From: Lingula anatina
Lineage: Eukaryota > Animalia > Brachiopoda
Direction of reading: 5' to 3'
Assembly (NCBI GenBank): GCA_051362555.1
Contig: CM120646.1
Coordinates: forward strand, 4,588,001 to 4,652,000
DNA length: 64,000 bases
Position numbers and translations under genes: made by a program. Numbering within the stretch: position 1 is the first letter of the stretch; each line of letters opens with the position of its first letter. The notes under the pieces were generated by a model. It saw only the letters and a list, made by a program, of their open reading frames with translations. It searched no databases and was not told the DNA's origin. Shown piece by piece: positions 51,826 to 64,000 of the stretch.

Positions 51826-52620
51826 ATAATTATTATTCTCAAACTGGAGCAGACTTTAGCCGGTCATGTGAATATACATATATACTTCAGAGTAGAGTTA
51901 ATGTCAACTTTGATAAAAGGATATTAAAAGGCCCACAGGTGCGTTTTTGTGTGTCACAATTGCATGGGTGGTGCCATATTGCAATGATAGCTCATATTAA
52001 GAGTTAAAATAATAATAATTATCATTCTCAGACCGGAGCTGACTGGAGCCGGTAATGTGTAAATATATATATACTTTAGAGCAGTGTTAATGTCAACTTT
52101 GATAAAAGGATATTTAAAGAATCACAGTTGCGTTTTTGTGTGTAACAATTGCATGTGTGGTGTCATATTGCTATGATAGCCCATATTGAGAGTCAAAAAA
52201 ATAATAATTATCATTTTCAGACCAGAGCTGACTGTAGCCGGTAATGTGTAAATATATATATACTTTAGAGCAGTGTTAATGTCAACTTTGATAAAAGGAT
52301 ATTAAAAGGATCACAGGTGCGTTTTTGTGTGTCATAATTGCATGTGTTGTGCCATATTGCAATGATAGCCCATATTGAGAGTTATAAAAATAATAATTAT
52401 CATTCACAGACCGGAGCTGACTGTAGCTGGTAATGTGTAAATATATATATACTTCAGAGCAGTGTTAATGTCAACTTTGATAAAAGGATATTAAAAGGAT
52501 CACAGGTGCGTTTTTGTGTGTCACAATTGCATGTGTGGTGCCATGTTGCAACGAGAGCCCATATTAAGAGTTAAAAATATTAATTATCATTCCATAATTC
52601 GGGCTCACTTAAGCAAGTAA
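51826..52620 (+). repeat. Tandem array, ~189-bp unit, ~4.2 copies, inside the TIR element
   Basis: ataattatcatt..cagacc.gagctgactg..gttaatgtcaactttgataaaaggatatt..gcgtttttgtgtgt recurs at ~51826, 52015, 52204, 52394 and partially at 52580. Confidence 0.95.
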
Positions 52621-53404
52621 CATAAACCTATACATATAGTACACAGCGGTGTTGATGCCACCTTTATCTAAACCGTACGTAAAAAATACCAGACCTAAAA
52701 CGATGTCGGCGAGTCGAATAAATCGGAGAGGAATTGCGTCATTTCAATTCAAAACACGATTTGAGGTTAAATTATTGCCGCATCTATGGCTAATTCTTTA
52801 CATAGAGGTAAAATTTCGAGACTAGAAATATTTTTCTATCGGATCATAGCTAAAGACAAGTATTCGACACCGCAGTTGTACAATTTTAAACACTCATTTT
52901 ACGGCAACAAACACGATTGCCTTCACCATATTGGGCATTTTGAATTCCTCCATGAACAAACATACCTTATTCTCATCTAGCATCCAAAATAGCAAAAGAA
53001 ATTGTACTTACATTTTATCTCTATAAGTGTCTTGACTTATCCACCAGAACGTTTTCCTCGCGTTATCACCAGCTACCTGTCCAAATGACACAAAAAGTCA
53101 TCAACAGCCGCGATATGCTCGCTACCTGTACGGGAGGTCACGTGATCCGAACGCACATCGTTTCGCGAAGAGCTCGCGCTAAGCCGATTATCCTTTGATC
53201 TTTCTCCGCGTTACTTGTCCTTCTCTATTTAGGTCCAAGGACCACCCAAAAGACTGATAGAGGAGTAAACCATACATGAGGACTGACATTCATTTGTGTT
53301 TGTTATGTATTGTTATTTCAGAGTGCCAGTGCAGGAAAGCACTAAGTTATGCAACATTTTCAGTGACATTCTTTTTACTTTACCTTCTGGGAAAGGAAAG
53401 GATC

Positions 53405-53760
53405 AGACAGACTGTAATTGACAAACTGTTGAAAGTGAAAACAGAGACTGTTGAGAATACACTAAAATTAGAGACTGTTGAAAGTGAATTCAGAGACTGT
53501 TGAGAATACACTAAAATTAGAGACTGTTGAAAGTTAATTCAGAGACTGTTGAGAGTACACTAAAGACTGTGAATATAAGAGACTGTTAACATTGCAAAGT
53601 TTGCAATCATTCAGAGACTGTTTGTTTATTTGTCACAGTTAATTACTGTCAGATCAAATTCATTCAGGAGGACAGACTTTTCTTTCATTGAACATTTAAA
53701 AAAAATGTTGACTTTGATGTTAATGTTGATTGTTTGACTTTGATGTTAATGTTGATTGTT
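53405..53760 (+). repeat. Short tandem repeats in the retrotransposon 3' untranslated region
   Basis: Repeated AGAGACTGTTGA units 53405-53620 and duplicated ttgactttgatgttaatgttgattgtt 53708-53760. Confidence 0.85.
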
Positions 53761-54657
53761 CATTATTGACTTTACTTAAAGCACTCAAAGTTATTCATTA
53801 GAAATACAATCAGTAAAAAGTTACAGTGCCAAAATCAAGGGACTATCTAGAGCTAGCAATACTGAGCTACAGTTACAGCAGTCCAGTAATTTAATTGTTA
53901 TAGCTTTCTAGAAAAGGGGAGATGTAAATAGAACTACTTTGTTATGCGTATATAGATATACCTATAACCCTAGCGCTCACTACAACCTAATCACTCTGCG
54001 TAGTGATATCTTGAATAAAGTTAGTTTGGCAAGCACATGGAGTCTTGAGTTGATAGCACTCATAAACAGTTCAGTCTGTTCAAACATATATATAGACCAG
54101 ACGGTATAGTATACGTTATTATAATTTCATAAGGTTTTTAGAAACAGCCTTTCCTTTCTGTTTACCACTCCAGATAAATCCATCGACCCCGCCGTCATTA
54201 CCAGATATAATCCTATTGTCCATTTTGAACAAGTGTCCTTGAAACGTGCAGTAGGGTTTCAATTTCAGAAATACACCCATTGAGTAGTATGTGAAGTGTT
54301 GAACATTATACGCCCTGGCCAGTCTATTGCGCATTTGATATTTTTTATAATATAACCATGTGGCATTTTCTCATTAGCGAAAACCACTTAGTTCTCTAAA
54401 ACAAACATTTGTCCATTATTGATTTTATCTTCTGTTGTAAATGCTTAGGTGATATTCAGGAGATTTCTTTTCCGATGTGTTTAAAACTAATTTTGACCCC
54501 TTTTATGTCTAGAAATATACAGGTCCTTTTCATATTACAAAAACCACGGGTAAACTTCCAGGGTTGAGAAGTATTAACAATTGATCTCCCTGAGAACGCA
54601 GAAGACTGCGGATAAAGCGCATGTAGACAACTAAAGCGTCGCTAGCTCATTTCCTTC

Positions 54658-57134
54658 ATGGCGCTCATTTTGCGGATAATCCCATGGCTGTTTCTATGGA
54701 CTCTAACATGGAATATTGCAGAGAATTTTCAGTCAAAGTCCTTTGACGTGTTTCGTGGGCAGCGCGTGAGTGGCGCAACCGGCTTTCAACGTTTGTTTGG
54801 CGTTAATTCTCAGCGCCAATGCGCCCACGTATGTCTTCTGCAGATAAACGGGACTTGCATGGCGGCGAACTACGCCGCTTCGCTGAAGATTTGCGACATA
54901 TTGCCAGACGATGAAAACAAAACAATCGTACAGGATCAAGATTGGACCTTCATACAAGGTGCGTGCATTAATTTTCATTTTCCCCGTTCGCCTTTCAATT
55001 AAATATGGCCTGACCAATAAAAAAGGAATTAGAATATTAGCAACAAATGTTGCGAATTGTGATACGCTTGCCTTTTCTTTATTGATTGAATTGCCGCTCA
55101 TGAACAGGGAATGAAATTTTGATTTAAGTTTAAAACAAAGAGTTAAGTAGCTTCGGAATACGGAAAGAGAAAATATTTTTTGAATTTTGATGCAAACGCT
55201 ATGCATTTCGATCGCTTTTAAGTTTTCCATGTATAGTCATAAGAAGTTTCGATTTCGAATATTTATGTTATATGTTATATATATGTATTATTTTCATTTC
55301 TTTTGATATAACAATGCTACGCTTTGCTTATATGTTGGGTTTTTTAAACCTGTTTGATCAAAATATTACGGAATACCAAAATAGGTTATTTGAATGTGGG
55401 GCATGTGAAGATAAAGTAAAAATGTATGCTTTTACTCTAATAAATAAATAAATAAATAAATAAATAAATACGTGCCTTATTAGTTATTTCAACTATACAT
55501 TTTAATTGTTTAATGGAAATTGACTTTGAGGATGGTATTCACCAAACAATTCTCACTGCTATACTTCAGTTGTGAATGAAGCATCTTGTACCAGATGGAA
55601 AGACAACCGAGGGAGAACCACGAGTGGCACGTATACACTGGACCCCGACGGTATGGGCGGGGTGCCATCTTTCGACGTGTTTTGTGACATGTCGACAACG
55701 CCCCCTATCGCCCGGGTGCAGCACAATGCCAGTGACGTCAGGACCCATGTGGTGGGATATGAACGGAATTATTACGTTCACGCTATCTCTTTCACAGGTA
55801 AATAAAGTATTTTTTTGTAGAGGTTGTTACGTTTTTCCCTTTAATTTTTTTTCAGAAAATTGTTGTTTTTCTCGGTTTTACATGTAATAAGAGAGATACA
55901 TTGTCCCGAAATGTTATAGAATGTTAAAATACACCTGTAAATAGGCCTATTCGTCTTTGGGAAGATTTTACAGATGGCGCAGAAACATCATCTACCCACT
56001 ATATTCTTAGGATCAAAATGTCGTTTTCAGGGCACCAGTAAATAGTCATTTTAATGAGCGTAATATTAAAGACGATGTGTGGTACCAGTAAATTTTCTGT
56101 ATATTTCAATTTTTAGTTATTTAAGATTGAATATTACGTCACTATTACGTCACAGACCTACCTGTAGTTTCCTACGTTTCACATGCTGTATTCAGGTTAC
56201 CTGCCATCCCAGCTGCGACTTCTGACAGAGACCTCCACTAGCTGCCAGCAGTTCATTAAGAAGGAATGCTACCATAGTCTCACCGTTGGCTGGAGCACTG
56301 TGACGTCACGTGAAGGAGAAATACTGTATTACTTTGCTGGCAACGGGTCAGAAGTCACCAGTGGATGCGCATGCGCTTTTTTCAACAACACGTGCGCAGG
56401 AGGTAACTTTTTTGTCGCCAATATCTCATAGGTGTCGGCGTTAACTTTTAATCGATGTGTCCGTTTGACATTTATCGACAAATCAAATTCAAGTACCACT
56501 TAAACATGAAGAGGCAAATATTTCCCCAGGCTATTTCGAACGAATGCGCCTTTACGTTAAGATTCAAATATTTAATATTGATTTGGCACTTTAGAATTCA
56601 TAGAATGACAGTCTTCGACCAACATTTAAGTACAATGGAATTGTTTGTCGTAACGTTTAGTAAAATGCGGCCTTTGCGATGTTATTATTAGCCTATTATT
56701 ATTATTATTTTTTTTTTATTTTTAGTAGACTGCCATTCCAATTTTGACGTAAGCCATTTCAAAGGGAATATTCGGTCAACTAACTTGGCATATATATAAA
56801 TTATTATTTTTTAAATTTATTTTAAGTGGTGCATTCAATGACAAAACTTCACAAATGAATTTCAAATGGAACAAAGCACTGAAGTCACATTTGAATTCGG
56901 TTTTGTTCACATCTGCACACGTCCCTATGGACAATACTATTAGCTGCCTATCGATGTACAATATTTTCAGGGCATCTCTGTAACTGCAATGAAAATGACT
57001 ACGTTTGGCGGTCAGACGAGGGGTACCTGACCAACAAGACTGTTCTGCCCATAGCTCAGATCACAGTGGGAGACACTGCTGGCACGGATGAGGAGGCCTA
57101 CATCACTGTGGGTGACCTGGAGTGTGTCGATTAG
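54658..57134 (+). CDS. Secreted PAN/apple + CNTNAP-type fibrinogen-like domain protein B (299 aa), paralog of A
   Basis: Exons 54658-54958, 55570-55797, 56196-56402, 56971-57134; same phases and Cys pattern as gene A; 900 nt. Confidence 0.9.
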
Positions 57135-57178
57135 GTCCTGTGAAAAAGATCGAATAGTTGCCGTACATGTCCAGTAAA

Positions 57179-57332
57179 CCGGGGCTCTGTATCTCGAAAG
57201 GTTCGCTATGTTGCGCACGTGCGCAAGCGTCTCGTTTCCATGGCCCCGTATCTCGAAATAGAATCGGTTATGGAATCGAGACGCTTGCGCACGGGCGCAA
57301 CATAGCGAACCTTTCGAGATACGGAGCCCTGG
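57179..57332. mobile_element. Palindromic MITE 45 bp downstream of the gene B stop
   Basis: ccggggctctgtatctcgaaaggttcgctatgttgcgc..gcgcaagcgtctcg mirrored by cgagacgcttgcgc..gcgcaacatagcgaacctttcgagatacggagccctgg. Confidence 0.85.
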
Positions 57333-59216
57333 GGTATTATTATGGGGATGCCATGACAAGAGGATACCCTCACCTTCTCCGTCTGCTGGGTATGACGTGG
57401 AACACTTTATGAAATGGGGCAGAAATAACGATACAGCATACTGCTATAATAGGACAGGGATAAATATATTAAACTCAGGTTTTTGCCTTAACATATAAGC
57501 CATATTTAAATGCGCACAAGTTTCTCGTGCATTGCCACCAGTAATGTTCGAATCACCAGACGAGGGCTGCCTGTCCAAAATAAACGTAGGTCTACAATAT
57601 AAAGAATAAAACATGATTTAAGACAGTGAATTTAGGTGTGCGTCTTTAATGCGTGTGGATAATGTCACACTCGGAATATAACTCAAAGTGGATCTGTCCA
57701 GTTAAATCTACCACTCGATATGAAAAACGGCTTAAATGCGTTCACACGTGTGAGGGGAATGGTCGTCCTAGGAATGGAAGTCCGGAGTCACATATGTTTA
57801 GTACAAGCTAAGATTAGTCGGAATAGGTGTGTGTATATGGGACGAATGCCAACTGTACAAAGTTATGGGGAACGGACTTCGGTTCTTAGCGGACTACATC
57901 AAGGACGTTTATTGTCTGATAAGTCCATGACTACATGTACCATTTTTGTCACACTAGCTGTACCTTATAAACATGCCTTTTTCAGGGTCTGTCTTCATCT
58001 TTCACTACCCATATCAGTTTTGTAACACGGACGTTTGGTATTTATCTTGTTGCTTAACAACAGAACACCAGCTGGAAATAACAGGGACAGAGTTAAAACT
58101 GTGTTTTGTACATCGGAGTTATTCCCTACATTAACCCCTGCTTTATATCAGAATAATGCAATGCTAGCTTACTTCTTACATCAAAATAATAAAACAATGT
58201 CTTACGCGAGGTCGTAAAGACAGCGTTAAAGTGTGATGAACAATAATATATCAGAACTTATGGTACTTGTTGAATGTAACAATTTGGCAACTTGTTCTTT
58301 ACGATGTAGTTAAGAAGTTTTAACACATCCTTTAACTGCATAGTTTGAACAATTACTCTAGATAGTAGCTGTTACATAAGTAAACTGGAGGTCTTTCTTG
58401 CTGACACTCATTTGTTTTCGTATACTACATGTATGACGTACATAAAACGCTGCATCATAACACAAAAGATAAGAAGTTCTGCTTTATTTTCAATAAAATA
58501 CTATGTAACATTTCAGGCGTAATCGTATAAAACACACACTTCACGTCTCGAAACCAGGAGGTTAAATGAGTAACTGGGTCCCACTTCTGAGACTGAAGGA
58601 ATGGGGCTGAAAATCGTGCAATTTACAAAAAAAAAAAAAAAAAAAAACTTTTTGGGTCTTATTTTTATCCCATTCCACTGAAGCTGGTCCTGTTGAACGA
58701 CTCATTAGGAACATATGAGAGTGAATCACCGTTATGTCAAGTGGTTTGGAGAGTTTTAGTTCACCAGTGATGTCATGATTTATAAATATAACAATTGACA
58801 ACAGAAGTTGTAGATCATATATTAAGAAACTGTTGATTGAACAGGAAGTCTTTCTTCTTAATGAAAAGTATTTTTCTATGGCGAACAAACCTTCCTCTGC
58901 TCTCTAGTTTCTATACAATTGGTGGGAAAATCCAAATGATCAAACGCCACAGGCATTCGATAGTGAGATCTTTTCAGACTTCATTCTTTTCAACAGAATA
59001 ATAATTGAATAATTTTGATAAATTGCGGAGAATGAACGAATCAACAATTTGCATAAAAATTATGTCTCCCGTGTTAATTAAATGTGATTTTGAAAGAGGG
59101 TTCAAAAAATGTTTGCATTAATATAGTCATATACAGATGCCTTTCATAAACATATCCAAGCAAACATTTCTTATGGCAACCAAGTAGTCATTGAATAATT
59201 GGAAATTTTGTCCACA

Positions 59217-61108
59217 TCACTTTTTAAATGTTTTCTGTAAAACAAATGCATCTGCAGGTTCTATCCTCTTGTAATAGTTCTGTTTTCTTTCAACAATCTC
59301 AAATCCAAAATTTTCATAAAATTTGATTGCGCTATCATTATTGACTTGGACGTGTCTGGAAAGAAAAAAATCTGTATTCAACAAAAGAACATTTGTGGCA
59401 AGGGCGTCTGCTTATAATAAAAGAAAAATATCTACACAAAAAATTTAACATTTGCTTGGTATATAATTTTTTTCAAAAATGTTAAGGTCTTATAGACTAT
59501 AAATCTACAAGTAAAAATCAATCTAATCCTTTCATAATATAGCTGACTTACAAGTAAACATTGTCAAAATTTCCATCCTGCTCACAAATTTTCAGTACAT
59601 GTTCTAGCATCACAGTACCTAAAACATTACATAAACATAAATAAATGCATGTAAAATGAGTGGTTTTACTGCTACTCTGAGCCTTATGCACTTCGTCATA
59701 TTCAAGAACTACGGCAATGTATATCTAGAACTCTATGTAGCAATGTATGGATTTTACTATATGTATTTAATATATTAACCCACTCTATATAATTGGTACT
59801 AATAGGTACAAATAATAAAATGATATCTGTTTTATGATGTTTAATGATATGGTCATTCTTCAATCATGCATTTAAAATAAACTGATGCTTTCATTTCAAA
59901 AATGTAGTAATAGAAAAAAATGTTTACTTCATGTATCATAATATGTATCAGAAATAAGCAACTCTTAAAAAATTACGATGATCTCTTGGTTTCATTTCCA
60001 TACTGCTCAGTATTTATTCTCCTTTATCTAATGTTTTGTTTGATGTGCCATTCCCATGCGTACCTATTCCATATCTCCTATAAGGCGCTAAGACTCCCAG
60101 AGTCATTATATATAACCTGCGCTGGTTTTCTGAGACGTCTATCCTACAACACACAGCTCCTACCACTATGTCATTGAAATATGCTGGAAAACAAAATAAT
60201 CACAGGGACATAACAAAAAAATTGATCACTTTTGTAAGAAGCAAGGAACATTAAGCATCAGTGCCACTCATGAAGGTTTTGTGAAAGCTCCAAAATCTAA
60301 TCCTGGTTTGAAAGACCATATTTCTTAACAGTTTAATAAAATTTAAACAATGGGATAGTAAAAGAAAAAGCTTTATTGCCTTATATACAATGAGATATTT
60401 GCTGCAATAAGAAACAATTTCTATTATCAAATTGTGGTGTGTGGATTAAAAAAATTCAAATATGTCTTCTTTGAAGAGGCAGCTTACCTAGTTTTGCTAA
60501 TTCTCCAACTTCTAGTACATCTTTGTAAAACTTGTCATTGTAAGAAACTGGAAAGACCACTTGGTTCAACTTCTTCAGCTGCTTGATATTGTGATGAGTA
60601 ACCTCCCCTAGCTCTGTGTTGCCTCTGTAACAGAAAGGAATATTTCCTGCATTAATTCGGACTACCGAACCTTCCGACCAATGAACCTTCGGGCTATTGC
60701 TATGGCCCCATCTTCAGAGACTCTGACTACAGTGAAACCTCCAGGCTCCAAGAAAAGGTCTGTAAAGGAATCTCGATTTACTCATGTAAACACAATCATG
60801 AATATTCATCGGCACCAATCCCAAAGTAACAGTGCGATTCGCACAAACAAATACAGTCAATACGTTGTCTTGTTAAAACTAAATCGGCCCAAAAGTGATG
60901 ACTGATTTCGAACTGCCTCAATCGTCGTTCATTTACGCATGCTTGACAACCAACCTGCCCCAGGACAGTGCCAGTTGTGAAATTAGGCGCCATTATCGTC
61001 GGTCTGTTGCCGTATAAAATAACAGGCTAAGATGGAGAGTTAACAAAGAAATGCTTTTAAACACACATACTATCATTACAAGCTTTTGCAGTTTACGTAC
61101 CGCGTCAT
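59217..61108 (-). CDS. NAA50: N-alpha-acetyltransferase 50 (NatE catalytic subunit, San)
   Basis: Exons 61108-61101, ~60625-60489 (HNIKQLKKLNQVVFPVSYNDKFYKDVLEVGELAKLA), ~60184-60064 (YFNDIVVGAVCCR..LYIMTLG..PYRR.GIG), ~59618-59552, ~59356-59217 (HVQVNN..AIKFY..FGFEI..YYKRIEPADA..KK*). Confidence 0.96.
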
Positions 61109-61109
61109 T

Positions 61110-62300
61110 TTGTCTAATTATTGTCGCGCTCTTCGCACGAGGATCACCTAAATAAAGTAATTGTATGTTATGCCTTTAGTTTTGTAAATTTGAATCAAAT
61201 TGAAAATCTTCAAAGGGTAGAAATATAGTCCTGCTTCTTGTTTTCGATATATTTCTAATTCTATGTTTTATACTTATATTACATGCGTTGAAAATAATAC
61301 TTTAAACATTATTTGGAACTTCTAGAACAAAATCCAAATGCGAGTTAGCTTTGCTTATACTTTATGCTTACACTTCCGGCCAAGGTGAAAAACGAAGAAA
61401 TAGGTACGATGATATCACTATTTTAGAAAATGTGTTGTATTTGCGTCAAATTACTGCACTTCTCTCGTTTTAATTTTTCAAATTTTAATTATTCTAATAG
61501 CATTGTATACCAATTACTTTGAGAATGTTTTGGTATTAACTATTTGTTTATAAAACTCAAGGTAGGTATATCAGAAAAATTTTCAAACTGATCAGAAAAT
61601 TAAAATACTTATATCATCTGAAAGGTAATGCAAAAACCGGATGAAATCATTTGGAATTTTTTAAATATTCCTACAAGCAACAAAGATATTGAAGTTTTTT
61701 AACTGCAAAAATCCACCAAAAGTGTCCACACTTCTCAGCTCAAAACCTGTGCCCACTGACCAGCAGTGATCACTCAGGCGCAGCAGAGCACCCTGTGTGT
61801 CTTTGTGTGCTCAGCCTATTGTCTGGCTCACATAGCCTGTGACTAATCAGGGCAGAGCTATTTCCCTGTGGTAATTTTCACATCATGTAATATTGCGGAT
61901 TAAATTAACTATACTTCGCAACCTTCAAATTTCATGATTTTTCTACATAATATAGCAAATTTCATAAACTTTGCTGGATATAAATTTCAAAAAGATGATA
62001 CCAGCACTTACCTGAAATTTTTTAGCATTTTGTAGAGGCAAAACTTAAAACAAGCAGAACCGAAACTTGTCGAAGACTGCAACATGGGAAAATCATGTGA
62101 CCGGATTTTACTCTTTGATTTACAACTTATTTAGTTAATGGCTTGTATTAGTTTTTTTACGCAGCGCTAAAAGAGAGATTTAAAAAAGGGGTTCCATAGG
62201 CGAACTGTCAGCAGGCCGACTTCAGTTTAACACTTCACTGCCCGTGGACAGTTACGACTGTAGCGCCCCTAGCGGATTGTGATCTACCTACTCAAGGGGC
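61110..62300. promoter_or_regulatory. Divergent promoter region between NAA50 and the downstream gene
   Basis: Head-to-head gene starts ~1.2 kb apart; ETS-like ACTTCCGG at ~61372; CpG-richer patch 62160-62280; non-coding exon donor AAG|gtgaat at ~62407. Confidence 0.5.
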
Positions 62301-62906
62301 ATTGACACAGCTACGCTAAGCCTTAGCCTAAGCCTAAGCATGACCAAGCTCAGACCGGCTACTATTTTCTTGCGACTGTTTATTGACTATTTGCTATTTA
62401 TCTAAGGTGAATAGTAAGGAATGAAACTAAGTAAAAGTAGTAACATGGCTCTCCATGCAAATTCAGACTGGTATGTGCTGCCAATACTAGTACTAAACTG
62501 GAGTCTTATTAAACGTCTTCATTTAATGGCTCTACAGACTGAATCCTTCTAAAAACTATTGATCTGACTTTTTTGTTTATTTTTATAATATGCCCAGGAA
62601 AATCTCATATCCTCATAGATTAGTTTGCCAGTGCAGTTATGCTTAAGGCATCTTTGAACAGCAGTTAGGCAGCAAATCTGAACTAGTACTCCAGTCTTTT
62701 CTTACCTTAAATTTTATTTGGTTTGGGTAGATGACCTTACCTTACCTTAGCTTATAACTTAAAAAGTGTTAACTTGCTTGAACATGGTGACAGTCTGACA
62801 TACCAGGTACTGAGGAAAATTATTACCTCTTGCATCAATAACTGAGTTCCAAAATTAATGAACCAAAACTTAAATATAGTTTTTTACTCCCATTTTAGAG
62901 GGTGCA

Positions 62907-63731
62907 ATGTCAGATGAAGAAGAGATTGATATAGACACCCCTCAGGAAGAAGATGAGGATGCAGAAGAGGATGAGGAAGGAGTAGAAGAGGAAGGCGAGG
63001 AAGAGGAGGAGGAAGAAGAAGAAAATGAGGAAGATGAGGAAGAAACTCAACTCCCAGATGAAGAAGATGAGGATCAGACCCAAGATGTGACGGAGGAGGA
63101 AGAAGGAGAGGAGGAAGAAGAAGAGGAAGAGGATGGAGAAGAGATGCCACAGGTAACATGTCTGGTTGCTAGTGTAGGGCTTGTGGCAGTATGAAGAGAA
63201 TTGTGTGTCGTGGTATGGCCATTGCAAGGTTGAGGGAGATGAGATGCTTGTTTTTTTTAATAATTCTCCCATAGATTTTTTTTACATACAAGGTTGTCTC
63301 TAATGCAGAAACCCCCCTTAAAAAAACAAGTATTAGTCTATCTCATCCTGACAAGACCAGTTTTGTATTCCAAAACTGTTCTTTTGCATTATATCTTTTT
63401 TGTGTAATTACATTTTAAAACCTGATTGGGGATAGAATAATTCTAACTTGATATTCATATTCTCTCTTGTGCATCTTTTTATAACATTTTATAATTTTCT
63501 TAAACAATTAAATTACTGGATGATAATATAGTTTAAGATGATGCAAATAATTTCCAGGAAGAAGATGTTGATGGCGACATTACCATGGAAGCTGATGATG
63601 ACATTGACGAAGGTGACCTTGACCTAGATTCAGAAGAGGAGTCTTATACAGAGGAGCATGTTGCTATCAGAATGGAGGCTTGTGTTTTCAACAGAATGGA
63701 GCTGGACCTGCCTGTGGATATGATTCAGAAG
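62907..63731 (+). CDS. NFRKB: 5' exons of a protein with a long acidic N-terminus, probably NFRKB (INO80 subunit); continues beyond the window
   Basis: Exons 62907-63152 (poly-Glu/Asp) and 63558-63731 ending IRMEACVFNRMELDLPVDMIQK, resembling the NFRKB N-terminal motif IMEDCLLGGTRVSLPEDLLE. Only ~20 informative residues. Confidence 0.55.
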
Positions 63732-64000
63732 GTGATTGTTACACCTGGCTGAATACTTTATATTGTTCTTCTTTTTGTTTCAGGCCTGCCCCTCCTAAGT
63801 GTTTGCCACAGCAGGTTATCTGTCTCCACCCACACAGGCCCAATCCCAACTCCTTCATATCCTCCTTGATTCCATCCATAAATCGTTTCCACGCCCTTGT
63901 TTTCTCTTTCCTGTTGGTTTCATTGGCAGCATTCTATGTCTCACATAATATTTTGTTTCTTTCCTCCATATGACATGCCTTGTCAGCGCAGCTTCCACTA

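Larger units (their letters stand above)
49666..53239. mobile_element. 3.57-kb non-autonomous TIR DNA element of unassigned superfamily, nested in the Gypsy integrase
   Basis: 34-bp TIRs CTTGGACCTAAATAGAGAAGGACAAG(A/T)AACGCGG at 49666-49699 and 53206-53239; no TSD visible. Confidence 0.9.
45820..54068 (+). mobile_element. Ty3/Gypsy LTR retrotransposon (Mag-like), interrupted
   Basis: 146-bp TG..CA LTRs 45820-45965 and 53923-54068 with one visible mismatch; 5-bp TSD GTTCA; PBS; PPT AGAAAAGGGGAGA 53910-53922; single gag-pol ORF. Confidence 0.96.

Noticed and set aside
51826-52620. Regular repeats as a CRISPR-like array
   Set aside because: Whole 189-bp units repeat with no unique spacers and no cas genes; eukaryotic context.
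62261-62276. CTCF-like site CCGCTAGGGGCGCTA
   Set aside because: One G short of the consensus spacing; cannot be supported without a motif scan or ChIP.

Overview
AT-rich, intron-containing eukaryotic (invertebrate-like) genomic DNA. I see no rRNA, tRNA or CRISPR array. Between a 5'-UTR/promoter at the left edge and a head-to-head NAA50 / probable NFRKB pair at the right edge lies a ~55 kb block of secreted and cell-surface genes, reconstructed by hand from splice sites and exon phases. (1) RTK1, a Cad96Ca/Stitcher-like (Ret/Tie-related) receptor tyrosine kinase with no visible signal peptide or folded ectodomain. (2) A convergent, kinase-less mucin-IgV-mucin-TM receptor. (3) A ~160-aa single-pass adaptor-like protein. 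(4) RTK2, a full IgV-mucin-TM-Tyr-rich-kinase receptor whose Ig domain is paralogous to that of gene 2. (5) A GPI-anchored protein with a TNFR-like Cys-rich domain. (6,7) Two tandem secreted PAN/apple + CNTNAP-type fibrinogen-like proteins. The last two are separated by a stack of transposons: a TA-flanked pogo-like element with a nested MITE, and a young Mag-type Gypsy LTR element interrupted by a 3.6-kb TIR element. The best candidate for an undescribed system is this paired/split Ig-mucin RTK plus decoy receptor cluster. The exon structures are read from the sequence; the immune or recognition function is inference.
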